Assembly (NCBI GenBank): GCA_963800245.1
Contig: CAWDAE010000009.1
Location: 57,227 to 121,226, forward strand
Length of the DNA stretch: 64,000 nucleotides
DNA from: an uncultured Actinomycetota bacterium
GTDB taxonomy: Bacteria; Actinomycetota; Actinomycetes; Propionibacteriales; Nocardioidaceae
Reading direction: 5' to 3'
In this document: in pieces, positions 52,676-63,103 of the stretch
Layout: every line of letters starts with the position of its first letter
Position numbering within the stretch: position 1 is the first letter of the stretch
Program-made: the position numbers and the translations under genes
Notes under the pieces: generated by a model
The model's database searches: none
What the model was told of the DNA's origin: nothing
Seen by the model: only the letters and a program-made list of their open reading frames with translations

Positions 52676-53491
52676 GTGGCCGTGCACCTGCTCGCCGTCG
52701 CGGCCGGGCTGCTCCTCGGGCTGAGCCTGGGGGCCCTCGGTGGCGGCGGGTCCGTGCTCGCCGTCCCGGTGCTGGTCTACCTGCTCGACCAGACCCCGGC
52801 GCAGGCGACCACCGGGTCGCTCGTGGTCGTGGGCGTCACCTCCGTCATCGGCGCGGTGACCACCTGGCGCCGGGGCGGGGTCCTGGCCGGGCCCGGACTC
52901 GTCTTCGGGGCCGTCGCCGTCGGCGGCGCCGTGCTGGGCGCCCGGGCCTCGGCGCACGTCTCCGGCGACGTCCTGATGGCCGCGTTCTCGCTCCTGCTGG
53001 TGGTCGTCGCCGGCGCGATGGTCCTGCGCCGCCGGCGCGGGACGGGACGGTCCTCGTGGCGGGTGGACGAGCCGATCATCACCTTCCGGCCGTCCTTCGC
53101 CTGCGCGTGCCCCCGGGCCCTGAAGGTGCTGGTCACGGCCACGCTCGTCGGTGCGCTCACCGGCTTCCTCGGCGTCGGCGGCGGCTTCCTGGTGGTGCCG
53201 GCGCTCGTGCTCGCCCTCGGCCTGCCCGTCGACCTCGCCGCCGGCACGTCGCTGGTGGTGATCAGCGTGACCTCGGCCGCCGCCCTCGCCGTGCGGGCCG
53301 GCTCCGGCCCCGCCCCGGCCTGGGGCCCGGTCGTCCTGCTGACCCTGGCGTCCGTCGTCGGCGCGACGGTCGGCGCGCGCGTGGCCGGACGGCTGAGCCG
53401 CGACCGGTTGCAGTCGGCCTTCCTGGCGCTGCTCCTGGTGGTCTCCGCCTTCACCGCCGTGCAGGCGGTGCCCGCCCTGATGAGCACATGA
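52676..53491 (+). CDS. TauE/SafE family sulfite exporter
   Basis: The GTG lies 1 nt after the upstream stop. 271 aa, multi-pass, with LGGGGSVLAVPVLVYL and GFLGVGGGFLVVPAL. Confidence 0.85.
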   Translation: MAVHLLAVAAGLLLGLSLGALGGGGSVLAVPVLVYLLDQTPAQATTGSLVVVGVTSVIGAVTTWRRGGVLAGPGLVFGAVAVGGAVLGARASAHVSGDVLMAAFSLLLVVVAGAMVLRRRRGTGRSSWRVDEPIITFRPSFACACPRALKVLVTATLVGALTGFLGVGGGFLVVPALVLALGLPVDLAAGTSLVVISVTSAAALAVRAGSGPAPAWGPVVLLTLASVVGATVGARVAGRLSRDRLQSAFLALLLVVSAFTAVQAVPALMST

Positions 53492-53498
53492 TGGTCAG

Positions 53499-54737
53499 GT
53501 GACGAGCGCCGTCCCGACGCTGGGGCTGCGGGCCAACGCCGCGCAGTTCTCCCTGCTCGTCGCGGTGAACGCGCTGGTCGGCGGCATGCTCGGGCAGGAG
53601 CGGACCGTGGTGCCGCTGCTCGCCGAACGCACCTTCGGGCTCTCGGGCTACAGCAGCGCACTGGCGTTCATCATGGTCTTCGGTGTGGCCAAGGCCGCGA
53701 CCAACTTCCTCGCCGGGACGCTCGCCGACCGGCACGGACGGCGTCCGGTGCTGCTGACCGGCTGGGTCCTGGCCCTGCCCGTGCCGCTCCTGCTGCTCTG
53801 GGCCCCGTCCTGGTCGTGGGTGCTGGCCGCCAACGCGCTGCTCGGGGCCAGCCAGGGGCTCACCTGGTCCACGACCGTGAACATGAAGATCGACCTGGTC
53901 GGGCCGTCGCGCCGCGGCCTGGCGATGGGCTTCAACGAGGCCGCCGGCTACCTCGCCGTCGCCGCGACCGCGTGGCTGACCGGCTGGCTCGCCCAGGCCT
54001 ACGGGCTGCGACCGGCACCGTTCCTCGTCGGCGTCGCGTACGCCGTCCTCGGGCTCGGCCTCTCCGCGGCAGCCGTGCGGGAGACCCGCGGACATGTCGA
54101 GGTCGAGCAGGCTGAGCGGTCCGTGACTGCCGAGTCCCCCGCGACCCTCGACGGGAGGGAGGTGTTCGTCCGCACGACCCTCACCGACCCCGCGCTGTCC
54201 TCGGCCAGCCAGGCGGGCCTGGTCAACAACCTCAACGACGGGCTCGCCTGGGGCCTGTTCCCGGTGCTCTTCACCTCCGCCGGCCTCGGCCTCGGGCGGA
54301 CCGGGCTGCTGGTCGCGGTCTATCCGGCGGTGTGGGGCGTCGGGCAGATGGCCACGGGCGGGCTCTCCGACCGCTGGGGGCGCAAGCCGCTGGTCGTCGC
54401 CGGGATGCTGCTGCAGGCCGCCGCACTCGCGGCCTTCGCCGTGGTCGACGGCTTCGCCGCCTGGCTGGTCGCCGGCGTGGCGCTGGGTGCCGGGACCGCG
54501 ATGGTCTACCCGACGCTGCTGGCCGCGGTCGGCGACGTCGCGGCGCCGTCCTGGCGGGCACGCGCGGTCGGGGTCTACCGCCTGTGGCGCGACCTCGGTT
54601 TCGCGGTCGGGGCACTGCTGGGCGGAGTCCTGGCCGACCTCGTCGGCGTCGGCGCGGCCATCGGCGCCGTGGCGGCGCTCACCGCCCTCTCCGGGCTGCT
54701 CGTCGCGGTGCGGATGCCGGAGACGCACCGGGGGTGA
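53499..54737 (+). CDS. MFS transporter
   Basis: 412 aa with a 12-TM pattern. LADRHGRRPVLL and LSDRWGRKPLVV motif-A-like loops. Confidence 0.85.
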   Translation: MTSAVPTLGLRANAAQFSLLVAVNALVGGMLGQERTVVPLLAERTFGLSGYSSALAFIMVFGVAKAATNFLAGTLADRHGRRPVLLTGWVLALPVPLLLLWAPSWSWVLAANALLGASQGLTWSTTVNMKIDLVGPSRRGLAMGFNEAAGYLAVAATAWLTGWLAQAYGLRPAPFLVGVAYAVLGLGLSAAAVRETRGHVEVEQAERSVTAESPATLDGREVFVRTTLTDPALSSASQAGLVNNLNDGLAWGLFPVLFTSAGLGLGRTGLLVAVYPAVWGVGQMATGGLSDRWGRKPLVVAGMLLQAAALAAFAVVDGFAAWLVAGVALGAGTAMVYPTLLAAVGDVAAPSWRARAVGVYRLWRDLGFAVGALLGGVLADLVGVGAAIGAVAALTALSGLLVAVRMPETHRG

Positions 54738-54779
54738 GGCCTTGCCCGGCGTGGTGGGAGGAACTGTCGCCCTGACCGC

Positions 54780-55520
54780 TCAGGACGAGCGCGACGAGTC
54801 CGACGGCGCTGCCGGCAGCACGCAGAACTCGTTGCCGGACGCGTCCTGGTAGGTCCGCCAGGGGAAGTCGCCCAACCGGGACTCGAGCCGCCGCCCGCCG
54901 CGCGCGACGACGGCGGCCTCGACCTCGTCGGCGTCCTCCCCGGGCTCGAGGCGCACGTCGAGGTGCAGGCGGTTCTTGCCCGTCCCCTTGGGCGCGGTCT
55001 CGGGCAGGAGCTCCAGCCAGGGACCGAGCCCGGACCGGTGGCGCAGCGCCCGTGGGGCGGCACCGGCCGCCTCGACCCAGCCGGTCAGCCAGGACCACAG
55101 CTCGACGTCCCGGTCGGGGTCGGCCGACGCCAGCGGCAGCGCCGCGACCGGCCCGGTGCCGGTGTAGACCTCTCGCTCCTCCATCACGCAGAACGGGTTG
55201 CCCTCGGGGTCGGCGAGCACGACCCACGGCACGCCGCCCTGGCCGATGTCGAGGTGGCGCGCGCCCAGCCCGAGCAGCCGCTCGACGACCGTCTCCTGGC
55301 GGTCCCCGCCGACCAGGTCCAGATGCAGCCGCGGGGCGGCCGTGGGCGCCTCGGGCACCCGCGGGAAGCACAGGTCCAGCCACGGCCCGCCGTCCACGGA
55401 GAGCCGGGTCTCCACGACGTCGGGTCCGTCGGTCACCCGCTGGCAGTCGAGGGCTGCCTCCCAGAAGCCGCCCAGCCGCCGGGGGTCGAGGGCGTCGACG
55501 ACGATGTTCTCCAGCTCCAC
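54780..55520 (-). CDS. two-domain VOC (glyoxalase/bleomycin-resistance) family protein
   Basis: ENIVVDALDPRRLGGFWEAAL...HLDL...VVLADPEGNPFCV, repeated in the second half as RLHLDVRL...YQDASGNEFCVL. Confidence 0.75.
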   Translation of the reverse strand: MELENIVVDALDPRRLGGFWEAALDCQRVTDGPDVVETRLSVDGGPWLDLCFPRVPEAPTAAPRLHLDLVGGDRQETVVERLLGLGARHLDIGQGGVPWVVLADPEGNPFCVMEEREVYTGTGPVAALPLASADPDRDVELWSWLTGWVEAAGAAPRALRHRSGLGPWLELLPETAPKGTGKNRLHLDVRLEPGEDADEVEAAVVARGGRRLESRLGDFPWRTYQDASGNEFCVLPAAPSDSSRSS

Positions 55521-56494
55521 GAGGTCACCCTAGGTTCGAACGCCAGCACCTCGTCCACCGGTCGGCGCTGCGTCGGCGGCACGTCGACGCGGCTGATCGG
55601 CGGCCAGCCGACGCGCACCAGCAGCTGCGGGAACGCGGCGTCGTCGAGCACGTCGTCCTGCAGCACCCGGCGGGTGACCTCCACGTCGATCGGCTGGCTG
55701 TAGGGAAGCAGCGACAGGCCGCCCGCGGTGCACGCCAGCCACTGGGCGGCCAGCGCCTCACCCGTGCGCAGCCAGGCCACCTGGTCGTCGGAGGAGGTGG
55801 AGAGCACCAGCCAGCTCGGCGCCGGGTCGGCGGCCTCGTTGTGCCCGCCGAGCAGGGTCCCGGCCGGGAACCGTGCGGGGGACCCGGGCGTGGACTCCGG
55901 CAGGCTGCTCGCCGGCACGCCCTCGCCCACCGAGGTGCGGGTCCAGGCGGCCAGCTCCTCGGCGTAGCCCTCGTGCTCGTCCTGCGCGCGGCGCGAGGCC
56001 TCGAGCAGCGTCTCCACCAGCAGCGCCTGGGACTCGTCGAGGGCGGGGGAGGCCAGGACCCCGTGCGCCATCGCGGCACGGCGCAGCGTCTCGACCCACT
56101 GCTCCGGCACCGCCCACGAGCTGACGGGGCGGCGGTCGCTGCGCCGGCGGCGTACGGCTGCCGCGAGCTCCTGCTGCGCAGGCGTCGGGTTGCGCGGCCG
56201 GAAGGTGAGCACGGCCAGGAGGTCGGGCTCGGTGGGCTCGGGGAACCGGCGCACCGTCGTGGCCCAGCCGCGGCCGGCGGCGGCCACCGTCGCGGTGTGC
56301 AGCGCGGCGCCGCAGCTGAGCACGAGGTCACGTCCCGTGGGGTCGGTGACGGGCAGGTGGCGCCCGCGGTCCGTCCAGAGCTCGAGCCGGTCGGGCCGCG
56401 CCAGCCACCGCCACGGCTGGGTGTTGTGCAGCGAGGACGCCGTGCAGGCGTCCTCGACGATCGACCTCAGCTGCTCGGGCTCGGGATGAGTCAT
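55433..56494 (-). CDS. Acg-type nitroreductase family protein
   Basis: SLHNTQPWRW, VLSCGAALH...RRSDRRP...GGLSLLPYSQPIDV..LLVRVGWP. The last ~30 codons overlap the VOC gene and look non-protein-like, so the C-terminus is uncertain. Confidence 0.75.
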   Translation of the reverse strand: MTHPEPEQLRSIVEDACTASSLHNTQPWRWLARPDRLELWTDRGRHLPVTDPTGRDLVLSCGAALHTATVAAAGRGWATTVRRFPEPTEPDLLAVLTFRPRNPTPAQQELAAAVRRRRSDRRPVSSWAVPEQWVETLRRAAMAHGVLASPALDESQALLVETLLEASRRAQDEHEGYAEELAAWTRTSVGEGVPASSLPESTPGSPARFPAGTLLGGHNEAADPAPSWLVLSTSSDDQVAWLRTGEALAAQWLACTAGGLSLLPYSQPIDVEVTRRVLQDDVLDDAAFPQLLVRVGWPPISRVDVPPTQRRPVDEVLAFEPRVTSWSWRTSSSTPSTPGGWAASGRQPSTASG

Positions 56495-56624
56495 GCCGAC
56501 ACTGTCCCTGTCCGGGTCCCGGTTGAGCAGGGGCCAAGGACCCCGAGGTCAGGACCGGTGGGACCCGACCCTGGTGTCTTCCGGCAATGTCGGGGGCAGG
56601 ACGCTGATTCCTAGCGTTCGGATC

Positions 56625-58065
56625 GTGGACGTTCTCGACATCGCGCGCTGGCAGTTCGGCATCACGACCGTCTACCACTTCCTGTTCGTCCCCATCACCA
56701 TCGGCCTCTCGGCGCTCGTCGCCGGCTACGAGACCGCCTGGCTGCGGACCCGCAACGAGGAGTGGCTCCGCCTGACGCGCTTCTTCGGCAAGCTCTTCCT
56801 GATCAACTTCGCCCTCGGCGTGGTCACCGGCATCGTGCAGGAGTTCCAGTTCGGCATGAACTGGTCCGACTACTCCCGCTTCGTCGGTGACGTGTTCGGC
56901 GCCCCGCTGGCGATCGAGGGGCTGCTCGCCTTCTTCCTCGAGTCCACCTTCCTCGGCCTGTGGATCTTCGGCTGGGACCGGCTCCCCGAGAAGGTGCACG
57001 CCGGCTGCATCTGGGCGGTCCACGTCGGGACGCTGTTCTCGGCGTACTTCATCCTCGCCGCGAACAGCTGGATGCAGCACCCGGTGGGCTACCGCTTCAA
57101 CCCCGAGACCGGGCGCGCGGAGATGAACGACTTCATGGCGGTGCTGCTCAACAAGGTGCAGCTGGTGACCTTCCCGCACACCGTCCTGGCGGCGTACATG
57201 ACCGGCGCCGCGTTCGTCGTGGGCGTCAGCCTGTGGTCGATGCTGCGCCGCCGCCTGACCGGCGACCACCTGGTCTACCGCCGCGGCCTGCGCAGCGGCG
57301 CCGTCGTCATGCTGGTCGCCGGCCTCGCCGTCGCCGTGTCCGGTGACCTGTCCGCCCGCGTGATGACCGAGGTGCAGCCGATGAAGATGGCTGCGGCCGA
57401 GGCGCTCTACGACACCGAGAGCTCCGCGCCCTTCTCGCTGTTCACCGTGGGGTCGCTCGACGGCAACGAGGCGAAGTTCTCCCTCGAGGTCCCGGGCGTG
57501 CTGTCCTTCATGGCCACCGGCTCCCCGGACGGCCGCGTCGAGGGCGTGAACCAGCTGCGGGCGCAGTACGAGGAGACCTACGGCCAGGACCCGGGGGCGA
57601 CCTACTACTCCCCGGACGACTACACGCCGTACATCCCGCTGACCTACTGGAGCTTCCGGCTGATGATCGGCCTGGGCGTGCTCACCGCCCTCCTGGGCGC
57701 CCTCGCCCTCTGGGCGACCCGGCGGGGCCGCGTCCCCGACGGGAGGTGGTGGCGGCGCACCGCCGATCGCGCTCCCGCTGCTGCCGCTCCTGGCGAACAC
57801 GCTCGGCTGGCTGTTCACCGAGATGGGCCGCCAGCCCTGGACGGTCTTCGGCGTGATGACGACCGCGCGCGCGGTCTCGCCGGGGGTGAGCACCACCGAG
57901 GCGGCGGTCTCGCTCCTCGCGCTCACGTTGGTGTACGCCGCGCTGGCCGTCGTCGAGGTCGGGCTGATCCTCAAGTACGTGCGAGCCGGGGCCGAGCCCG
58001 CCTCCGCGGTGGAGGTCACGCGCTCGGACGACGACGCCGACCGGCCGATGGCCTTCGCCTACTGA
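56625..58065 (+). pseudogene. cydA: cytochrome bd ubiquinol oxidase subunit I, one frameshift near 57760 (pseudogene or sequencing error)
   Basis: LDIARWQFGITTVYHFLFVPITIGL...to ...RRGRVPDGRWWRRT reads in one frame. IALPLLPLLANTLGWLFTEMGRQPWTVFG...MAFAY reads in the next frame (track ORF 57823..58065). Deleting one C near 57761-57764 joins them. Confidence 0.85.
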
Positions 58066-58083
58066 GTCCCGGGAGGACACACC

Positions 58084-59138
<1,055 letters not shown>

Positions 59139-59142
<4 letters not shown>

Positions 59143-60733
59143 GGCCGTCGGACCCGGCGGTCCTGCGGCAGCTCGCGTGCGCGCGCCGCCCGCTGACGGT
59201 GGTGGTGGCGGCCGGCCTGGTGGTCAGCCTGCTCGTGCTGGCGCAGGCGTTCGCGCTCGCGGACGTCGTGGTCGCCGCGGTCAGCGGCGACGGGCTCGTG
59301 CGGGCGGTCGCCGTCCTCGCGGCCCTGGTCGCCGCGCGCGCCCTGGTGGCGGTGGCCTCCGAGGTGGGCGCCGCCTCGGCGGCCGGTCTGCGTCGGCCGG
59401 TCGATGCGAGGCGACCTGGCCCGGGCGCTGCTGGCGGGCCGCACCGGACGCGCGGCCGCGGGGGAGGTCGCGGCCCTGGCGACCCGTGGGGTCTCGGCCG
59501 CCGAGCCCTACCTCACGCGCTACGTCCCGGCGCTGGTGCTGGCCGCCGTGCTGCCGCTGCTCACCGTCGTCGCGCTCGCCCTGCAGGACCTGATGACCGC
59601 GGTGATCGTGCTGGCCACCCTGCCGCTCCTGCCGGTCTTCGGGGCGCTGGTGGGCCTGGCGACCCGCGACCGTGCCGAGACCCAGTGGCGCGCGATGGCC
59701 TCGCTGTCGGGCCACTTCCTCGACGTGGTGCGCGGGCTGCCCACCCTGGTCGCCTTCCGCCGTGCCCGGGCGCAGTCGGCGGTGATCGGCGCGGTCACCC
59801 ACCGCTACCGCCGGGCCACGCTGGCGACGCTCCGGCTGGCCTTCGCCTCCTCGGCGGTGCTCGAGCTGGTCGCCACGCTCTCGGTCGCGCTGGTCGCGGT
59901 CGTGGTCGGCACGCGCCTGGCCCAGGGCGACCTCGACCTGCGCACCGCCCTGGTCGTGCTGCTCCTCGCCCCGGAGGCGTACTGGCCGCTGCGCCGCGTG
60001 GGCGCGGAGTTCCACGCCGCCGCGGAGGGCACCGCGACCTTCGAGCGGCTCGCCACCCTGGCGGAGGACCAGGATCAGGACGACCGTGCGGTGGCGCACC
60101 TGCCGCTCGCCGCGCACCGCCTCACCGTCACCTACGACGGCCGGGCCGTCCCCGCCGTCGAGGACCTCGACCTCGTCGTCCCGGAGCGCGGGGTCACCGC
60201 GCTCCTCGGGCCGTCCGGGTGCGGCAAGTCGACCGTGCTCGCCGTGCTCGCCGGCCTGGTCGAGCCGACCTCCGGGACGGTCACGGGCGGAGGGATCGCG
60301 GTCGGCGGCCGGCGCTGGCAGGAGCAGGTGGCGTGGCTGCCGCAGCGGCCCAGCTTCCTCGCCGGCACCGTCGCCGACAACCTCCGGCTGGCCGCGCCCG
60401 CCGCCGACGACGAGCGGCTGTGGGAGGCGCTGCGGACCGTCGCGCTGGAGGACCGGGTCCGCGCCGCCGGCGGCCTGTCGGCGCCGGTCGCGGAGGACGG
60501 GCTGTCGCTGTCGGCCGGCGAGCGGGCCCGGCTCGCCCTGGCCCGCGTCGTCCTCGCCGACCGGCCGCTGGTGCTCCTCGACGAGCCCACCGCCCACGTC
60601 GACGCCACCACCGAGGCGGTCCTCGCCGAGGTCGTGCGCCGCCTCGGCCGCGACCGGTCGGTCGTCGTCGTGGCGCCACCGGCCGGCCCTGGTCGCCACG
60701 GCCGACCACGTGGTCCACCTCCCAGGACCTCGC
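59139..60733 (+). pseudogene. cydD: thiol-reductant ABC exporter subunit CydD, two frameshifts; no in-frame stop before CydC
   Basis: GTG 59139 overlaps the cydB stop (GTGA). TMD motifs YLTRYVPALVLAAVLPLL. NBD motifs GPSGCGKST, LSAGERARLALAR, LVLLDEPTAH. Shifts lie near 59395-59400 and 60675-60680, the latter marked by VVVVA then HRPALVATADHVVHL. Confidence 0.75.
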
Positions 60734-62416
60734 GTGGTCACGCCCCCGCCCACCACCGCGGCTGCACCGCGGGCGGCCCGTGCCGACGGGGGGTCGTCGC
60801 CCGGGCCGCGGGCGGGGTTCGTCCTCGCCACCCTCCTCGGCGTGCTGGCCTCTGCCTGCGGGGTCGCGCTCACCGCCACCGCGGGGTGGCTGATCGTCAA
60901 GGCCTCCGAGCAGCCGCCCGTCCTCACCCTGCTGGTCGCGATCGTGGGGGTGCGCACCTTCGGCCTCGGGCGACCGGTGCTCCGCTACGCCGAGCGCCTG
61001 CGCTCGCACGACGCGGCGCTGCGGCTGCTCGCCGAGCGCCGGGTGCGGGTCTACGACGCGGTCGTCCCGCTCACCCCCGGACGGCTCGGGCGACAGCGCG
61101 GCGACGTGCTCGCCGGCATCGTCGACGACGTCGACAGCGTGGTCGACCGCGAGCTCCGGGTCCGGCTGCCGCTGCGGGTCCTGTGGGTCGTGGGCGCGCT
61201 CGCCGCGGGCGTGGCCTGGCTCTGGCTCCCCGTCGCCGGGGTGGCCGTGGCGGCGGGAAGCCTGCTCGCGGGCGCGGCGGCGTACCTCCTCGTGCGGTGG
61301 GGATGCCTCGCCCCGGAGCGCGAGGCGGTGAGCGCCCGCGCCGAGCTCTCGGCGGTGACGGCCCAGGCCGCGCACCTCGCGCCGGAGCTGCGGCTGTGGC
61401 AGGCCGAGCAGGTCGTGCTCGAGCCGGTCGCCGCCCTCTCGCGCCGGCTCTCCCGCGCCGCGGTCCGGGCCGCGAGCTGGACCGCCGCCGGGCGTGCGCT
61501 GGTGCTGCTGGCCTCGGTCGCCGTCGTGGTCGCCGTCGCCGTCGTGGGGTCGCCCTCCGTCGCCGACGGCACGATCAGCGGGCCGGTCCTCGCGCTGCTC
61601 GTCCTCCTCCCGGTCGCCCTCGTCGACGTGGTCCTCCCGGCCGTGGACGCCGGCGCCCTGGTCGGGCGCGTGCGGTCGGCGGAAGCCCGGCTCGCGGACC
61701 TCGAGCGCCGCACACCCGCGGTCACCGACCCGCACACCCCGCTGGCCGCGCCCACCTCCCGGCTCGTCACCGGCGACGGGCTCGCCCTGGGCTGGGACGG
61801 CCGTCCGGTCGTCGCGGACCTTGACCTGCGCATGGAGGAGGGCGAGCGGGTCGCCGTCGTCGGTCCCTCCGGTTCGGGCAAGAGCACGCTGGCCGCGAGC
61901 ATGGTCCGCTTCGTCGACCCGGTGGCCGGCTCCCTCGCCCTGGGGGACGCGCCGCTGGACGCCCTCGCGCTCGACGACGTACGCCGCGAGGTCGGGCTGG
62001 TCGACGACGACCCCCACGTCTTCTCCTCCACGCTGGCCGAGAACGTCCGGCTCGCACGACCCGAGGCCGACGACACCGAGGTGGAGCAGGCCCTGCGGAG
62101 CGCCCGCCTCGGTCCGTGGCTCGACGCGCTGCCCGAGGGCCTCGGCACCTGGGTCGGGGACGGCCACGCAGCCGTGTCCGGCGGCGAGCGGGCGCGGCTC
62201 GGCCTGGCCCGGTCCCTGCTGCTCGACCAACGCGTGCTCGTGCTCGACGAGCCGGTGGCCCACCTCGACCGGGCGACGGCCGAGCAGCTCGCCGAGGACC
62301 TGCTCGACGGCGCGGACGGCCGCAGCGTGCTGTGGATCAGCCACGACGAGGTCGGTCTGGACCGGGTCGACCGGGTGGTCCGGATCGGGCCCTGTGCCGA
62401 TGGCCCCGTCGGGTGA
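60734..62416 (+). CDS. cydC: thiol-reductant ABC exporter subunit CydC (start provisional; may be fused to CydD)
   Basis: TATAGWLIVKASEQPPVLTLLVAIVGVRTFGLGRPVLRYAERLRSHDAAL. NBD motifs GPSGSGKST, VSGGERARLGLAR, VLVLDEPVAH. The GTG at 60734 is only one possible start. Confidence 0.7.
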   Translation: MVTPPPTTAAAPRAARADGGSSPGPRAGFVLATLLGVLASACGVALTATAGWLIVKASEQPPVLTLLVAIVGVRTFGLGRPVLRYAERLRSHDAALRLLAERRVRVYDAVVPLTPGRLGRQRGDVLAGIVDDVDSVVDRELRVRLPLRVLWVVGALAAGVAWLWLPVAGVAVAAGSLLAGAAAYLLVRWGCLAPEREAVSARAELSAVTAQAAHLAPELRLWQAEQVVLEPVAALSRRLSRAAVRAASWTAAGRALVLLASVAVVVAVAVVGSPSVADGTISGPVLALLVLLPVALVDVVLPAVDAGALVGRVRSAEARLADLERRTPAVTDPHTPLAAPTSRLVTGDGLALGWDGRPVVADLDLRMEEGERVAVVGPSGSGKSTLAASMVRFVDPVAGSLALGDAPLDALALDDVRREVGLVDDDPHVFSSTLAENVRLARPEADDTEVEQALRSARLGPWLDALPEGLGTWVGDGHAAVSGGERARLGLARSLLLDQRVLVLDEPVAHLDRATAEQLAEDLLDGADGRSVLWISHDEVGLDRVDRVVRIGPCADGPVG

Positions 62417-62428
62417 GAGGCTGGGGGC

Positions 62429-63094
62429 ATGTCCGAGCAGTCGCACCAGCCCGACCAGCCCATCCGGGTCTTCCTCCTCGACGACCACGAGATCGTGCGT
62501 CAGGGGATCCGCACCTTCCTCGAGGCCGCCGGTGACATCGAGGTCGTCGGCGAGTCCGGGTCCGCGATCGAGGCGGCCAACCGGATCCCGGCCCTCCGCC
62601 CCCACGTGGCCGTGCTCGACGCCCGCCTCCCCGACGGGTCCGGCATCGAGGTGTGCCGCTCGGTGCGCTCGATCGACCCGTCGATCAGCGCCCTGATCCT
62701 CACCTCCTACGACGACGACGAGGCGCTGTTCTCCGCGATCATGGCCGGCGCCGCGGGCTACGTGCTCAAGGAGATCAAGAGCTCGGACCTCCTCACCGCC
62801 GTCCGCCACGTGGCCTCAGGCGAGTCGCTGATCGACCCGGCACTGACCCGCCGCGTGCTCGAGCGGGTCCGCAACCCCTCGACCACCGCGCCCGAGCTCG
62901 CGCAGCTGACCGACCAGGAGATCAAGCTGCTCGAGTACATCGCCGAGGGCCTGACCAACCGGGAGATCGGCGAGCGGATGTTCCTCGCGGAGAAGACCGT
63001 GAAGAACTACGTCTCGACCGTCCTGGCCAAGCTGGGCGTCGAGCGCCGCACCCAGGCGGCGGTCATCGCCGCCAAGCTGCTCGACGCCGGCTGA
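62429..63094 (+). CDS. devR: NarL/LuxR-family response regulator, DevR/DosR-like
   Basis: VFLLDDHEIVRQGI..VAVLDARLPDGSGIEVCR..ILTSYDDDEAL. The HTH GLTNREIGERMFLAEKTVKNYVSTVLAKLGVERRTQAAV is near-identical in pattern to mycobacterial DevR. Confidence 0.8.
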   Translation: MSEQSHQPDQPIRVFLLDDHEIVRQGIRTFLEAAGDIEVVGESGSAIEAANRIPALRPHVAVLDARLPDGSGIEVCRSVRSIDPSISALILTSYDDDEALFSAIMAGAAGYVLKEIKSSDLLTAVRHVASGESLIDPALTRRVLERVRNPSTTAPELAQLTDQEIKLLEYIAEGLTNREIGERMFLAEKTVKNYVSTVLAKLGVERRTQAAVIAAKLLDAG

Positions 63095-63103
63095 GCGGCT
63101 CGC

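Noticed and set aside
55433-55520. 88-nt overlap between the Acg-type nitroreductase ORF end and the VOC gene start
   Set aside because: The VOC N-terminus (MELENIVVDALDP) looks genuine. The overlapping Acg tail (…VTSWSWRTSSSTPSTPGG…) looks non-coding. The likely cause is a run-on past the true C-terminus or another indel, and the data are insufficient to call either.
56495-56624. DevR/DosR boxes in the acg-cydA divergent intergenic region
   Set aside because: GTCCC/GGGAC pentamers (56504, 56516, 56560) and GGACC repeats are present. None forms the canonical 20-bp TTSGGGACTWWAGTCCCSAA palindrome or the 4-nt half-site spacing. In GC-rich DNA such pentamers are expected by chance.
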